From Lama glama (Eukaryota), in NCBI GenBank assembly GCA_028534125.1, contig CM052817.1:12526001-12590000 (forward strand): a DNA stretch of 64,000 nt. The letters run 5' to 3'. Positions 1 to 11,799 of this stretch are shown piece after piece. The stretch's first letter is position 1. Every line of letters begins with the position of its first letter. The notes beneath the pieces are model-generated. The model was not told the DNA's origin, ran no database searches, and was given only the letters and a program-made list of their open reading frames with translations. Both the position numbers and the translations under genes were made by a program.

Positions 1-1490
1 TTGCTTGCATGGTTTTCTGAGGAAAGGATGGATGTAATGCTCATCTCTGTTCCTCTGTTGGTAAGATGTTTTTGTTCCTCTGAATTCTTTTAGAATTTTT
101 TTTCTTTTTATTTGCTTTCCCATTATTTGAAAATGATGTGCTGAGGTGTGGTTCTTTGACATTTATCCTGTTTGCTCGGTATTCTCTGAGCTTCCCAGAT
201 CCATGGCTTGGTGTCTGACATTAATTTACAGAAATTCTTGGTCGTTATTGTTTTAAATATTTCTGTTCCTTACTCTTTCTTCTCCTTCTGGTATTCCCAT
301 TACATTTATGTTACATCTTTCGTGGTTGTCCCAGTTCTTAGACTTTTCTGTTCTACTTTTTTAGTCTTTGTTCTCTTTGCTTTTCTGTTTTCGAGGATTC
401 TTTTGATATATCCTCTAGGTCAAAGATGTTTCCTCAGTCATGTTCACTCTACTAATACATCTATCAAAGGCATTCTTTCATTTCTGTTATGATATTTTTA
501 TCTGTTATTTATTTTTGGTTCTTTGTTATGATTTCTATCTCCTCTCTTTATATTGCCCATCTGTTCTTCTACTTTATCTGTTAGAGCTCTTAGCCTATTC
601 ATGACAGTTGATTTAAATTTCCAATCTGATGATTCCAACGTCCCTGCTATGTCTGGTTCTGATGCTTGCGCTATCTCTTCAAATTGTGTTTTTTGTCCTT
701 TAGTATGCATTATAATTTTTTTCTTGATAGCCAGACATGACGTATTGTTGTAAATGGCACTTTAGGAAGTCAGTGGTAAGGTGTAGGGGGAGTAGAAATA
801 TTCTATAGTCCTGTGATTACATATCAGTCTTTTAGTGTGCTTATACTTCCTGACTGTTTACTTTGCAGGTTTTTTCTCAGTTTTTTCTCCCTCCTTTGGT
901 GGGACAGGATGGCTAGAGTGGTCTAGAAGTTAGCTATTTTCCTTACCCAGGTCACTTAGGTTCTGATAATACCCCAGCAGGTTAGGCTCTGGTTAAATAG
1001 TTGCCCTTGAGGGTAGAACTTGTTAAGAAGAACATGGTACTCTGGAATATTCCAAACTAGTTTCCTTTTTCCTCCCTATGTTGGAGACCTGAGGGAATTT
1101 TTCTCAGATATTTATTGCGGAAACTTGGTAGAACCCTTTGGGAGCAAATCTCATAGTATTGTGGGGTCCCTTCCACAACTGGATCCTCCTGGAATTTTTA
1201 ACTCTCTGAGTTATCCATACTCAACCTCCAGCAATTTGTCAATTACAGTGTAGATGTTTCCTACCCAGAACAGGTTCCCTTGAAGATTTCTGTTTGTGAG
1301 TCTCTGCTTCAGTAAGTCGTAACTCCCTCTATGTGGTGTCTGTCTCCTCAGCCTTGAGGGTTGTGGCTTTCCCTGTGTCCCTCTCCTCATGAATCCAAGA
1401 AAATTGTTGATCTTCATGCTGTTCAGTTTTTTACTTGTTAGGACAAGATGGCAACTTCCAAACTCCTTACACGCAGAGCCAGTAACCAAA
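1..1490 (-). mobile_element. Old L1M-type LINE-1 fragment (5' region and ORF1 N-terminus), decayed
   Basis: Minus ORF 498-710 (KTQFEEIAQASEPDIAGTLESSDWKFKSTVMNRLRALTDKVEEQMGN) resembles the ORF1p N-terminal coiled coil of old L1M elements; T-rich + strand typical of antisense L1. Confidence 0.75.
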
Positions 1491-1759
1491 GTCTATTTCC
1501 CACTTATAGATCTCTTTACTAAGACTGTGATTTTTCAAAGCACAATGATCCTGTTTTATTCCACTCTGCATCCTTCAGTGGTTCAAGTGTCATGGAAGGC
1601 CATCACCTATGAAAGTGTTGTGAATTAAGAATATTTAATTATCATTAAAGTATTTAAGTTATTAAATCACTAGTATACTTTCTTCCTTCTGCTCATCACA
1701 CATTGTGAAATCAATTTCAATAGGACCTATCTGGGATGCAGGTGAAAATTTCCTCTTTG

Positions 1760-2060
1760 AATGGCATGCGAGAGTAGATGAACAAAAAGCACTCTAGAAT
1801 ATTACAGTGAGAACTGCCAAAGATGAACTCTTCCAGAAAAGTGACAAAACGCTGGCAAAAAAATGTCAAAATTTTGGTTGACTTCTTGAATGTAGTGTAT
1901 GCCAGGATAAAATGCAATGGCATCTTTAAAGTATTGAAAAAATATTCTCAATATTGAATTCTATACCTAGTGAAAATAGCCTTCAAAAACAGAGGTGGAA
2001 AAGAGATTTTTTTTCAGATAAATGAATTGAATTGCCACCAGTGAACAACTGGAGCAATAT
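1760..2060 (+). mobile_element. Ancient L1/HAL1 ORF1 C-terminal relic
   Basis: 'caatggcatctttaaagtattgaaaaaa...gaattctatacctagtgaaaatagccttcaaaaacagagg' resembles the L1 ORF1 CTD-coding region. Confidence 0.55.
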
Positions 2061-2189
2061 CATAAAAAATATAATTCATTGTATAAAATATAAAACAAGA
2101 ATCTACAAGCCTGTATTTATATAAGAAAGAGGATAATTACATAATTTTGCAATCTTTGTGGATTTCTTATTAATACAATGAGAATAATT

Positions 2190-2720
2190 GTATCTATAGA
2201 GTTGAGAAAATTTGCAGATAGCACATTAACTATGTTATCAAATTTATCACTACCAATATGAGAACAGATCGATTTTGTGTCTCCTGCTAAAACGTTAAGA
2301 AGAAAACATAACTTCTGTGGCATTTTGGCCAAAAATGCATTACTCGACCCTCATCCTGAGGAAACATCAGACAAGCTTAAAATGCAAGACATTTCATAAA
2401 ATAAGAAAAAAATGTAATCTTAAAGAATGTCAAGGTGACGAAACATAAAAGATGAGAAAATAATCCAGATTAAAGAAAAGTAATGAGACACTAAATTCAA
2501 ATGAAATATGTGATCCCAAATTATATTTTAAAAAGGAGGAAAAATAGCTATACATCTGCAAAGTATGAGACATTTGAATATAAACTATTTGATAGTTAAG
2601 AATATTTTTCAGTGTTAAATTCCTTAATTTTAATAAATTTTTAAAGAGAGTCTTCTCTTCTCAGAAAATACTTAAGTATTAAAGGATGAAGGAGTACAAA
2701 TTCTCCAATTTGCTCTCAGT
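2190..2720 (+). mobile_element. L1MC-like 3' UTR fragment
   Basis: 'cataacttctgtggcattttggccaaaaatgcattac...catcctgaggaaacatcagacaa' matches the remembered L1MC4/5-type 3' end. Confidence 0.6.
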
Positions 2721-3271
2721 TGTTTACTTGCACACACACGCAAACACAAAGGTTTACAATATGCATTTTTAAACTGCCCACTCTACTGTCAAAATACATC
2801 ATACCACTTCATATATAATGTAAATCCTGCAACAGTGTACTTAACTTCCCTCTCCTATTCTTTGTGCTAATGCTTTTATATCTTTTACTTCTATATATCT
2901 TATAAACTGTATAGTTCTTCAACATTATTCTACTTTAAACAGTCAATTATTTTTAAAGATACTAAAATTAAAAATAAAATATTTTGTATCTACCTCCATA
3001 TTTCATAATTCACTGCTCTTCTTCTGTCTGTGAAGATCTGAAATTCTGGCATGCAGCATTGTCTCCCAGTCTGAAGACTTTCCTTTAACATTTCCCACAA
3101 AGCAACTAACGATAAAATTCTTTGGTTTTGCTTGTCTAAAAAGTTCTTCATTCACCTTAAATTGTATAGTACAGTTTTGCTGGATACAAAAATCTAGGGT
3201 ATCCAGATTTATGTATATTTTCTTTCAGTACTTATAATAAACTTTTGACTTCCATTTATTCTAATAAAAAT

Positions 3272-3330
3272 TGACACCAGAAACTAGCACAACATTGTAA
3301 ACCAACTATATTTCAATGATAAAAAAAATA
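3272..3330 (+). mobile_element. Extremely 5'-truncated artiodactyl-type L1 3' terminus
   Basis: 'caccagaaactagcacaacattgtaaaccaactatatttcaat' plus A-run matches the L1 terminus at ~52610-52670. Confidence 0.75.
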
Positions 3331-3522
3331 CAGATTACAGGAAAAAAATGAACCATAATTCTTATTGCTGTTGTCCTATATGTTTCTCCCCACCTGACGT
3401 ATGGCTTTTCAGATTTTTCTCTTTATCATTGATTTTCAGCAATTTGATTAAAATGTACCTTGGAGAGGTTTTCATGTGTTTATTCTGTTTAGGCTTTACT
3501 GACCTTGAATTTCTGCATTTTT

Positions 3523-3571
3523 TTCAATATGTGTCCATATCAATATGTATATGTGTGTCTGTCTGTCTGTC

Positions 3572-3608
<37 letters not shown>

Positions 3609-4001
3609 ATCCCCAGGAAAATATTATAGGTAGGCTGGGAACAGAAATATAGTTTTGGAAGTTATCACATACAAGGATCACTGAGGACATAACCCTGGGG
3701 GACATCATAATTTAGAATTATAATAGGAAAAGAGGTTCTATAAAAATGCTGAGGAAAAACAGACCTCAAAGTCAGAAAACGACCAGGTGACTATGATATA
3801 ATGGAATATTATCCTACAACACAATTAGGTCAAATTTCAGATAACTAGATATATCTATATATTCAGTAAAAACCTATCGAATCCTCATAGGTCTCTGTGC
3901 CAGTCCCTAGGACAGAAGGAATAAAAAGATATGTAGGACATGGACACTGTCTTTTTTTCATTTTCATTTTCTTATTGAAGTATAGTTGATTTATGTTTGA
4001 T
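3523..4001 (-). mobile_element. Candidate L1 3' transduction (L1 tail plus ~430 bp carried flank)
   Basis: Flanked by duplicated TGCATTTTT (3514-3522, 4002-4010); antisense L1 terminus at 3952-3993; internal L2-like pieces. Confidence 0.6.
3553..3608. repeat. Compound (TG)(TCTG)n(TCTA)n microsatellite
   Basis: Directly visible tandem repeat. Confidence 0.95.
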
Positions 4002-5755
4002 TGCATTTTTAGTTTTATTCAAATTCGAAAATAAATTCACCCATTATTTCTTCAAATAATCATTCTGAACTCTTTCCCACCTGCCGTTTTACCATGGGAC
4101 TCCAATTACTTCATAATTAAATACTCAATATCTTTCCATGGGTACTGAGCCCCATTCATGATTCACTATCATTTTCTCTCTCTCTCTTTAAAAATAGCTT
4201 ATAATTCTTTGTCTTCATGTTTACCCATCTTCTCTTCAGTACCATTTTATTTGCTTTTAAGCCCATTCCCTGCATTTTCCCCAAATTTTCAGATATTGTA
4301 TTTTTAGCTCTGGAAGTTAAATTTGCTGATTTCTCATCTTGCTATATGTTTTCCATAATCCTTGAACATGTTTACAGTAATTCTTTAATTACTTTTACCC
4401 TTTCTTTTGCTGTTCCATTTTCTCTGCTATTTGTAGTTCTGTTTCTGTGATTGCTTTTTATCCTATGGTTCACACTTCATTGCTAGTTTAATACTTGTTG
4501 TCTGGGTGCCAGATAGTATGTTTGTTATATTATTGAATATTAGTGTTATGTTGTGTCTTTAAAGCATGTTGAAAGTTTGTTCTATTTTTTTTCTGGTAGA
4601 TTCTTAAGGTACTTGCTGATCACATTGATTTTTATGAAGTTGAATTTTAAACTTTATCAGGATACTGCTAGCCTAGCTTTACTCTCCCCCTACTTTAGAT
4701 GTCCTACCAACATGTGACCTTCTGGGATCCCTACTGAATTACTTGCATGGTAAGTGAAGTCTCTCTACCAGAGCAAGTTGGAATTCTAATGTCTTCCAGC
4801 CCTGTATGTGTTCTGAGGATTTTTCCGCAAATGTCTGCCTGATTGATAGCTTTTGGTTGATTTGTTGGTTTTGCCCAGTCCTGTGAAGTTTCTCTATGCA
4901 TGTGCAGTTTAGAAATCAGACAGACTCAAGGGACCCCCTGCGGCATTTTGGAACTCTTTCTCTGAGTAACTCCTTCATCTCCATTACACAGTCCCACAGA
5001 GTCCAGCCCTGCTGGTTTCTCTGAACTCTCTTTCTTCAGCTCAGTGAAACACCTTTTCATCGTCTCTGTGGCTCTCCCCTCCATGCACAGCAGTAGGAAC
5101 AAGTATTTCCAAGAAAAAGATAAGCTTACTTGTTTGTCCCTCTTCGCCCATGGTGCCAGTTTTTTTGTTGACTATTGTCTGTTATCTAAAAGCAGATATT
5201 TATATACTTTGTCTAGTTTAATACTTCTATGCAGTGGCAGAGGGAAATCCAGTTTTGGTTACTTCAACATAACTGCAACTAGAAGCTTCTATATAGATTC
5301 ATACAAAATTAAAATTGTATGCAGTGGGTTAGAGCACTTGGCACTCTGAGCATGAACACGGTGGTCTCCCGTATGTAGAGGACTCCAAATGTTTGCTGTA
5401 AGACCACCCAGTCTTTGTTGCCTAACATTTGGCCTCTGCTTGATACTTTAATCTCAATATAATATTTAATATATTAGAAATAAGCTTCCTCTTTCAGCAC
5501 CTTCAAGTTTTGGTTAATGCTACATGTATTTATGAACATAGACCATGTTTTTAGAATAAAAGTCAGTTTATATTTGTTTATAACTTGTTTAATAAAAAGC
5601 AGTTTTTATTCTAATAAAAATAAAGAGCAGTATTCTCAGCTAAGAAGAGCATGTGGACTTTTGAAGATTGTCTGTTTTCTGGACTGCCATTGGGATTGTG
5701 CAGATTGCATTAATTTACTTGGTATTTCTCAGCTTCATGTGTGTCATGACTGACT

Positions 5756-6379
5756 ATGGCGTTTTTGGACTCACAACATTCTAACAAATGTTCTCCATTG
5801 AAATGTATTGAGTGAAGTGAACTTGTTGTGCATCTTTGGGTTAAAGGGGGAGAAGAGAATAGGTGGTTAGGTTGCTAAATGCCCTGAGTTTTCAAATGTA
5901 GTCCCAATCATTGTCATTCTTCTTCTAGCTCATTGTTGCACTTTTTGGTCTCTTGAAAGGTCAGTATCTGTAAATTGCAAGTTGTTCTCAAGACATTCTT
6001 CTTCCTTTTACTACACTTGAACTGTAGTGTTACGTATGTGAAGTATATTTAGAGTTTATCAAAATTACTTGTATTATAGGTCCCTGATCTTATCAAGTGC
6101 TCATGTGCTTAAACATGGTCTGCATTCTTCCACACTGTAAAGGTCAGTTTGAATTTCTACCTTTTTATCTACCAACGTCCATCTTAGCTGTATGTAAGAC
6201 TGTATATATATGTATATGAATCCTAACTGGTTAAATTATATGGCATCTCTAAATATTATAAATCAATGGCAGATATGTTAGTAGGTTTTATAGTGGCTTA
6301 AATACTGATCTTTTCCTCCTCACTTAATGCAAACTTATTTATTTCTATAGAGAAACAGATTGTTTGAAGATACAATTAG
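5756..6379 (+). pseudogene. Cluster of four candidate small exons (5756-5804, 5929-5959, 6080-6142, 6351-6379) of an unidentified, apparently disabled gene
   Basis: ATG in strong Kozak context (actATGg); pyrimidine-rich AG acceptors; two AAAG|GTCAGT donors; phases join to give MAFLDSQHSNKCSPLKSHCCTFWSLERSLILSSAHVLKHGLHSSTL*RETDCLKIQL. Confidence 0.35.
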
Positions 6380-6429
6380 TTAAGGCTACTGGGATCAAAT
6401 AATCCTGGACTTATGGTGTTCCATGGAGT

Positions 6430-6675
6430 GATACAGAGATAAGAAGACCATGTGAAGGTAAAGCAGAGATTAGAGTTAAGCAAGCGGAGTCAAGGAACAC
6501 CTGGGACAACCAGAAGTTGGAAGACACAAGGAAGCATTCTTTTCTAGAGACTTCAGAAAAGCAGGGCTCTGCTGACACTTTGATTTTGAACTCCTAGCCT
6601 CCAGAGAATAAATTTCTGTTATTTTAAACCACCAAGTTGTGGTAATGTGTTACAGAAGCCTAGGAAAGTCATATA
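6430..6675 (+). mobile_element. MLT1 (B/C-like) MaLR LTR, 3' half
   Basis: 'ccatgtgaaggtaaagcagagattagag...aataaatttctgttattttaaaccaccaagttgtggtaatgtgttacagaagcctaggaaa'. Confidence 0.85.
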
Positions 6676-6699
6676 GGTATGTTTTAAAAAATATTTCAA

Positions 6700-7110
6700 G
6701 GAATGGTGAAGAATAAATTAAGATACACACTGGTATATATATAAAATAAATACACAACAAGGATTCACTGTACAGCACAGGGAACTATATTCAATATTTT
6801 GTAATAACCTGTAATGGAAAAGAATCTGGGAAAAAATATATATAGTAGTTAGCATTTGCTATATATAAAAATACATAAAAACAAATTTCTTCTGTATATA
6901 CAGGAAACTATATTCAATACCTCGTAATAACCCCTGATGAAAAAGAATATGAAAGTGAATATATGTATGTATATGCATGACTGAAACATTGTGCTGTACA
7001 CCAGAAACTAAATATGTATATAACTGAATCACTTTGCTGTATACCTAAAACTAACACAATAGTGTAAATCAACTATATTTCACTAAAAAAAATGAAAAAT
7101 AAAATACATT
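6700..7110 (+). mobile_element. Artiodactyl-type L1 3' UTR with an internal second copy of the same segment
   Basis: 'cagggaactatattcaata...gtaataacc...gaaaagaat' occurs twice (~6778 and ~6901); ends 'gtaaatcaactatatttca' plus A-tail. Confidence 0.85.
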
Positions 7111-8044
7111 ACAAAAATTCTTTCATATGCCTTATATTAACCTATCCATCTTTAAGGATCATGTACAAAGTATACTTCTTATGACAAAACATAGAAATGA
7201 CATAAATATCCATAAAGGCAGAATTGACTAAAACAATAGAACACATCATCCAATTAAATTTTGACGCACAATTTTATGGTGGATTTTGATAACTCTTCGA
7301 TGTCGTGCTGATTCCATAGCTGACACGACCATGCTAAGCCTTTAAAGATGTTGAGATTGCCAGTCAATTACCTTCAACTCTTGATTCTTCCCCAAAATGT
7401 CTTATGATCACAACTCCAATTACAGGCAATTTCAAAACAGAATTTTTATGCATGGGCGTTTATGGGTGAGAGAGAGGCTATTCTACTTTTCCCAGCTTCC
7501 CAAGAATAAAGAACTCTGTAATTGACCCAATCAACTTGGAAATTACTGTACCAAATACTCTGGCTAAGTGCATCTTTACATGATACTAATTGAAGAAGAA
7601 ACTAGGTTTTGATACCATCTCATTATCTGCAGTGAAGTGACCACCATCCAGTAGGATAACATTACTTAAATCTGTGAGCTCCACAAGAAAATAATAGGCA
7701 ATTCTTCCAATAAAGGGTTATGTGGTGAAAAATATGTCATTAAATTTAGATGTGTTTCTTTATGAAATCCTTATAGTCTTTAAGAAACTAGTATGTATTA
7801 TGAATCTTTATTTAGAAAAGTATGCATTATTTCTCAAACTTGTTTGCCCTTTGAATACCCTTTCCATAGATACAGTATCTATAGCAACTCCAAGAAGTGG
7901 TGCTCTGAGGAGAATAGTTTGGAAATAGTTATCCAGTGATGGGTGGTATCCTGGGCTTTTACAGTAATAACAACATAATATTTACTCTAATATAATACTT
8001 TCTTACTTTCATAATACTTACATGATACTCTTACATAATACTTT

Positions 8045-8230
8045 GTTTCAGGCACTATTCTAGATATTCTAATTTTATTACATTATTTAATCTTCTCAAC
8101 AAGTTGCTGACATAGGTAATGTTAATATTTCCATTTATCATATTTAAATAAGATACCCAATGTATCATTCCTGGTTAGTGTTAGAGTAGGAATCTGGAAC
8201 CCAGGTAACCTGGCTACATTGTTTTTAGAT
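8045..8230 (-). mobile_element. MIR SINE
   Basis: Antisense MIR core ('caggcactattctag...attatttaatcttctcaacaa'). Confidence 0.6.
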
Positions 8231-8289
8231 TTAACTTGCAACAAAACTTGTGGGCAAATATTGCAACCTGATAAAGGCAAGAATAAGCT

Positions 8290-8850
8290 TAGATACTTGC
8301 AGTTGAATATAAGTGAAAAGCCTGCCTTAAACTAACATACACATTAAGAAATGTATCAGTTCCACAAAATAGGACTCTGGAAGTAGGGCTGCCTGTATAA
8401 TTGGAGGTACAATGGCTTAGGGATGTCATCAAGAATCCAGTATCTTTCTGCCTCTTTACTTAGTTGCCCAAGGTAATATTTTTCTTAGTGTTTGTAGGAT
8501 GGTTGACAGCAGCAATCAGTGCTGAAAGTTTTCAGAAAGAGATAGAAGTAGAGATGTAGAAATAATATATATTTCTAAAACCACCCAATAAAAGCCTTCA
8601 TTCTTCTACTGCTTGAATCACCTCTGAACAGATTATTATGGCAAGAGGCATGAAGGTTGCTAATTATCTTAAGAAACCTGAACTGATCACTGGAAACCTG
8701 GATGGGGTTACATTCATTGTTTGAGACCAGTGATGGTCAAGTCCTAGATTTGAGAGTGCAGTCAGTCCCACCCAACACCAGAGCAGCTACACAATGTACA
8801 CAGAATCAAATGGATGATGAGGAAAGAATCAAGGACCCACCAAAGCCACT
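8290..8850 (-). mobile_element. Old MLT1 (K/L-like) LTR
   Basis: 'gatgtcatcaagaatccagtatctttctgcctct', 'cctctgaacagattattatggcaagaggcatg'. Confidence 0.5.
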
Positions 8851-9160
8851 GTAGTGAACACACGATTATGTGTATATTTAATATTTAAAAATTAACAACT
8901 CCAAGTAAATGAGAAATTATCTGTTTAATTAATAATTATTTTTAAATAACTTGCTATTTCGTATGAGGATAACTTTTAATTTCAACTGACATATCAAGGA
9001 TCTGAAGAAATTCTGCTCTCTATGTATTTACAAATCTATGATTGCAGAACTCACAAATTTAAGTATGTGCTTTGGAAAAGAAATGAAATGAGAGAGAGGA
9101 ACAGGGTAAAACTGAACACTCTAGGATGACTGAAAATTTGAAATAAAAATTAGGAAAGTT

Positions 9161-9303
9161 GGGGAAAGGTATAGCTCAAGTGGTAGAGCGCATGCTTAGC
9201 ATACACAAGGTCCTGAGTTTAATCCCAGTACTTCCTCCAAAAATAAATAATAAAATCTAATTACATCCCCTCTGCCAAAAACATAATAAATAATTATTTT
9301 TTT
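9161..9303 (+). mobile_element. vic-1-like camelid tRNA-derived SINE
   Basis: GGGGAAAGGTATAGCTCAAGTGGTAGAGCGCATGCTTAGCAT... with A/B-box-like head and AT-rich tail; TSD AATTAGGAAAGT (9148-9159) / AATTGGGAAAGT (9304-9315). Confidence 0.85.
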
Positions 9304-9434
9304 AATTGGGAAAGTAGAGGTGGTAAGCCTATTGATTAATTTACTTCATCCTGAGACAGTACTATTTCTTCTGGGTTACTTATAAGAGTACCAGTAAGAC
9401 ATCTCCCAAAGTACAGATGAGCTGGATGTTGCAA

Positions 9435-9660
9435 TGGCATAGATTCAGATATGTCTGTGCTCAAGTTCTCACCATGCCATTTGCTAGCTGCATTATTTTG
9501 GGCAAGTAACAGTTTATCACTCTCTGTTCCCTCATTTGTAAGACACTATAATAATAGAAGTGGCTTCAAACTGTTGTTGTAAAAAAGACTTAATAGATAA
9601 TGTATATAATGTTCAGTGAAATGCCTGACATTTGTAGGCTCAGTGAATGCTTGCTATTAA
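9435..9660 (+). mobile_element. MIR SINE
   Basis: 'gccatttgctagctgcattattttgggcaagt...cctcatttgtaa...cagtgaaatgcctgacat'. Confidence 0.75.
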
Positions 9661-10269
9661 TTTGGTTTAGATTAACAAAGTGTTAGACTTCCTAAGATTT
9701 TATGCAAGCTGGAGTCTGCAGAGCCATCTCTCTGCCTGTTATTTCTGATAGTCTGTTTAAATTACTCCTATCCCCTGTCATTGTTTCTATTCGGGAAGAT
9801 TTAAAACAGGAGTGATAGGAACAAGGATAAACAAGTTGTTTTGGCATTCTTATAAACAGACTTTCATCTTTGATTTGCTTTCCTTATCCAGGCACTTATT
9901 TGCATAAGGACAAAAAATAAAAGCTCCTAAGGGCTACATGCCATGCAATCAGAGGAAAAGTAGGCATGACTTTGAAACTTAATGATCAAAGCACTAGGGA
10001 TGCCATATTAGGATGCCCCCAAATCTTCAGTTTTGTGAAGAGCTAATGATGGGCTTCATGTGATGTTAACAGGCTTTAATTTAAAGGCAAAATATAGCAT
10101 GGGCTAAAGAGAAATCCAACATAACATGTTCAAAGGTACCTGATCACTCTTATTTATCATCAAATGAGGTTATAACCATCACTGATCTTCAAACATAATG
10201 AATTCAAATATCTAGTGAGGAGTTGGGCAATTTAGAATCATCACAATAAGGCAGACCTTTTGGAATCAC

Positions 10270-10445
10270 ATGCACCCAAGTCATCTGCTCCTGTCACCTT
10301 GGGCAAGCTGTTTAATATCTGGGAGGAGGATCCTGTTTCCTCATCTGATAAACTGATATAATACTATAGATCTGAGATTTTTTTTAAAAGCATGGGTAAG
10401 TATATATAAAGCCTGTGTGGCATCAAATAGGCACTTAATACTTGC
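10270..10445 (+). mobile_element. MIR SINE
   Basis: 'accttgggcaagctgtttaatatct...gtttcctcatctgataaa'. Confidence 0.7.
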
Positions 10446-10554
10446 ATACTTTTTTTTACATAAGTTTATTTCTTCATTTATATCACTTGTAAAGACAGAC
10501 AAAGCAGCTAACAAGTATATATATCTCGCTTAAATAATATGTACAAATACAGGG

Positions 10555-11790
10555 AAAGGGCAACATGGCAGAGTAGGGAGACCCCGAGCTCACCTCCTCC
10601 CACGGGCACACCAAATTTAGAACTAATTACAGACTAATTATTAATGAAAAAGCCTGGAAGACCAGCAGAAAATATCTTTTACAATTAAAGATATAAAGAA
10701 GAAAGGACAATGAGGCAGGTAGGAGGGGTGGAGATGCTGTATAGTCAAGACCATACCCCCCCAGGAGTGTAACCCACAAACAGGAGAATGACTATAATTG
10801 CAAAGGATCTCCCCAGGGAGTAGGCAGTCCAAGCCTCACGTAAGGGTCCCGCACCAGGAAGACAAGTCTCCAGAACTTTGACTTCGAATGCCAGTGGAAC
10901 TTGCTTTTCGGAGAGCCAGAGGGCTATGAGAAATAGAGGCCCTGCTCTGAACTAGTGGGCAAAAAATTTCCCATGTTTCAGAACGCAGAGAAGAAGCAGT
11001 GGTTTGAAAGAAGCCTGGATCAGATCCACCTGGTGGTCCTGGAGAGCCTCCAGGAGAGGCAGTAGGCAGCTGGAGCTCACCCAGGGTCAGACAGTGGGAG
11101 CTTGTGCTACCTCGAGGACACTGGTACTGGCAGGTGCCGTTTTGAAATTGTCCCTCTAGCTCATTAGCACTGGGACTCAGCCCCAACACCAGCCTGTGAA
11201 ACCAGTGCTGGGACACCTCAGACCAAGAGCAAGCTGGGCAGGGACAGGAGGAAGGCTGCTTTAGGACCCTCTGTGCCCCAGCCATTCTGGGACCCAAGCC
11301 TGTCCACCAGAGAGTCTAGGACCCGGCCCCACACACCAGTGCAATGATACTAGCCCTGGGACCACCTGGGCTTTGTCGCCAGAGACATTGGGAACTTTCT
11401 CCACCCATCAGTGGACAGACAGTAGACCAGGGACCAGCTTCACCTGCAAGTTAGCTCTGCCAACCAGTGGGGAGTGTGTTGCTGGGACACATAGGATGTC
11501 TCCTACAAAATGTCACTTCTCCAAGGTTGGGAAATGTAACCAGTCTATCAAATACATGGAAATAAAAACAGCAAATTAGGCAGAAAGAGTTGTCAGAGGA
11601 ACATGTTCCAAGGGAAAGAACAAGATAAAACCTTACAAGAACTAAGTAAATTGGAGATAAGCCATTTACCCAATAAGGTTGAGGTAATGAGCGTAAGACG
11701 ATTCAAAGAACTCTGGAGAAGACTGAAGGAACGGAAGGAGAAGTTAGAAGTTTTTAACAAAGAGTGAGAAAATATAAAAAGGAAACAATA
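10555..11790 (+). mobile_element. L1 5' UTR and start of ORF1, 3'-truncated
   Basis: Starts 'caacatggcagagtagggagaccccgagctcacctcctcccac' (YY1-like L1 5' end); GC-richer UTR; ORF1-like 'aggaacatgttccaagggaaagaacaagataaaacc' at ~11597. Confidence 0.8.
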
Positions 11791-11799
11791 CCAGTATTT

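Larger units (their letters stand above)
2750..5285 (-). mobile_element. Old L1ME/HAL1-type fragment (ORF1 to 5' UTR), interrupted by younger insertions
   Basis: Antisense L1 ORF1 hallmarks ('ttttgctggatacaaaaatctaggg', 'cattatttcttcaaata', 'gggactccaattac'); sequence resumes after the insert at 3523-4001. Confidence 0.65.

Noticed and set aside
9161..9235. Possible tRNA gene (also 16866-16940)
   Set aside because: Degenerate stems, AT-rich tail and TSDs identify a SINE.
10836..11297. 153-aa minus ORF
   Set aside because: Antisense to a GC-rich L1 5' UTR; no recognisable protein.
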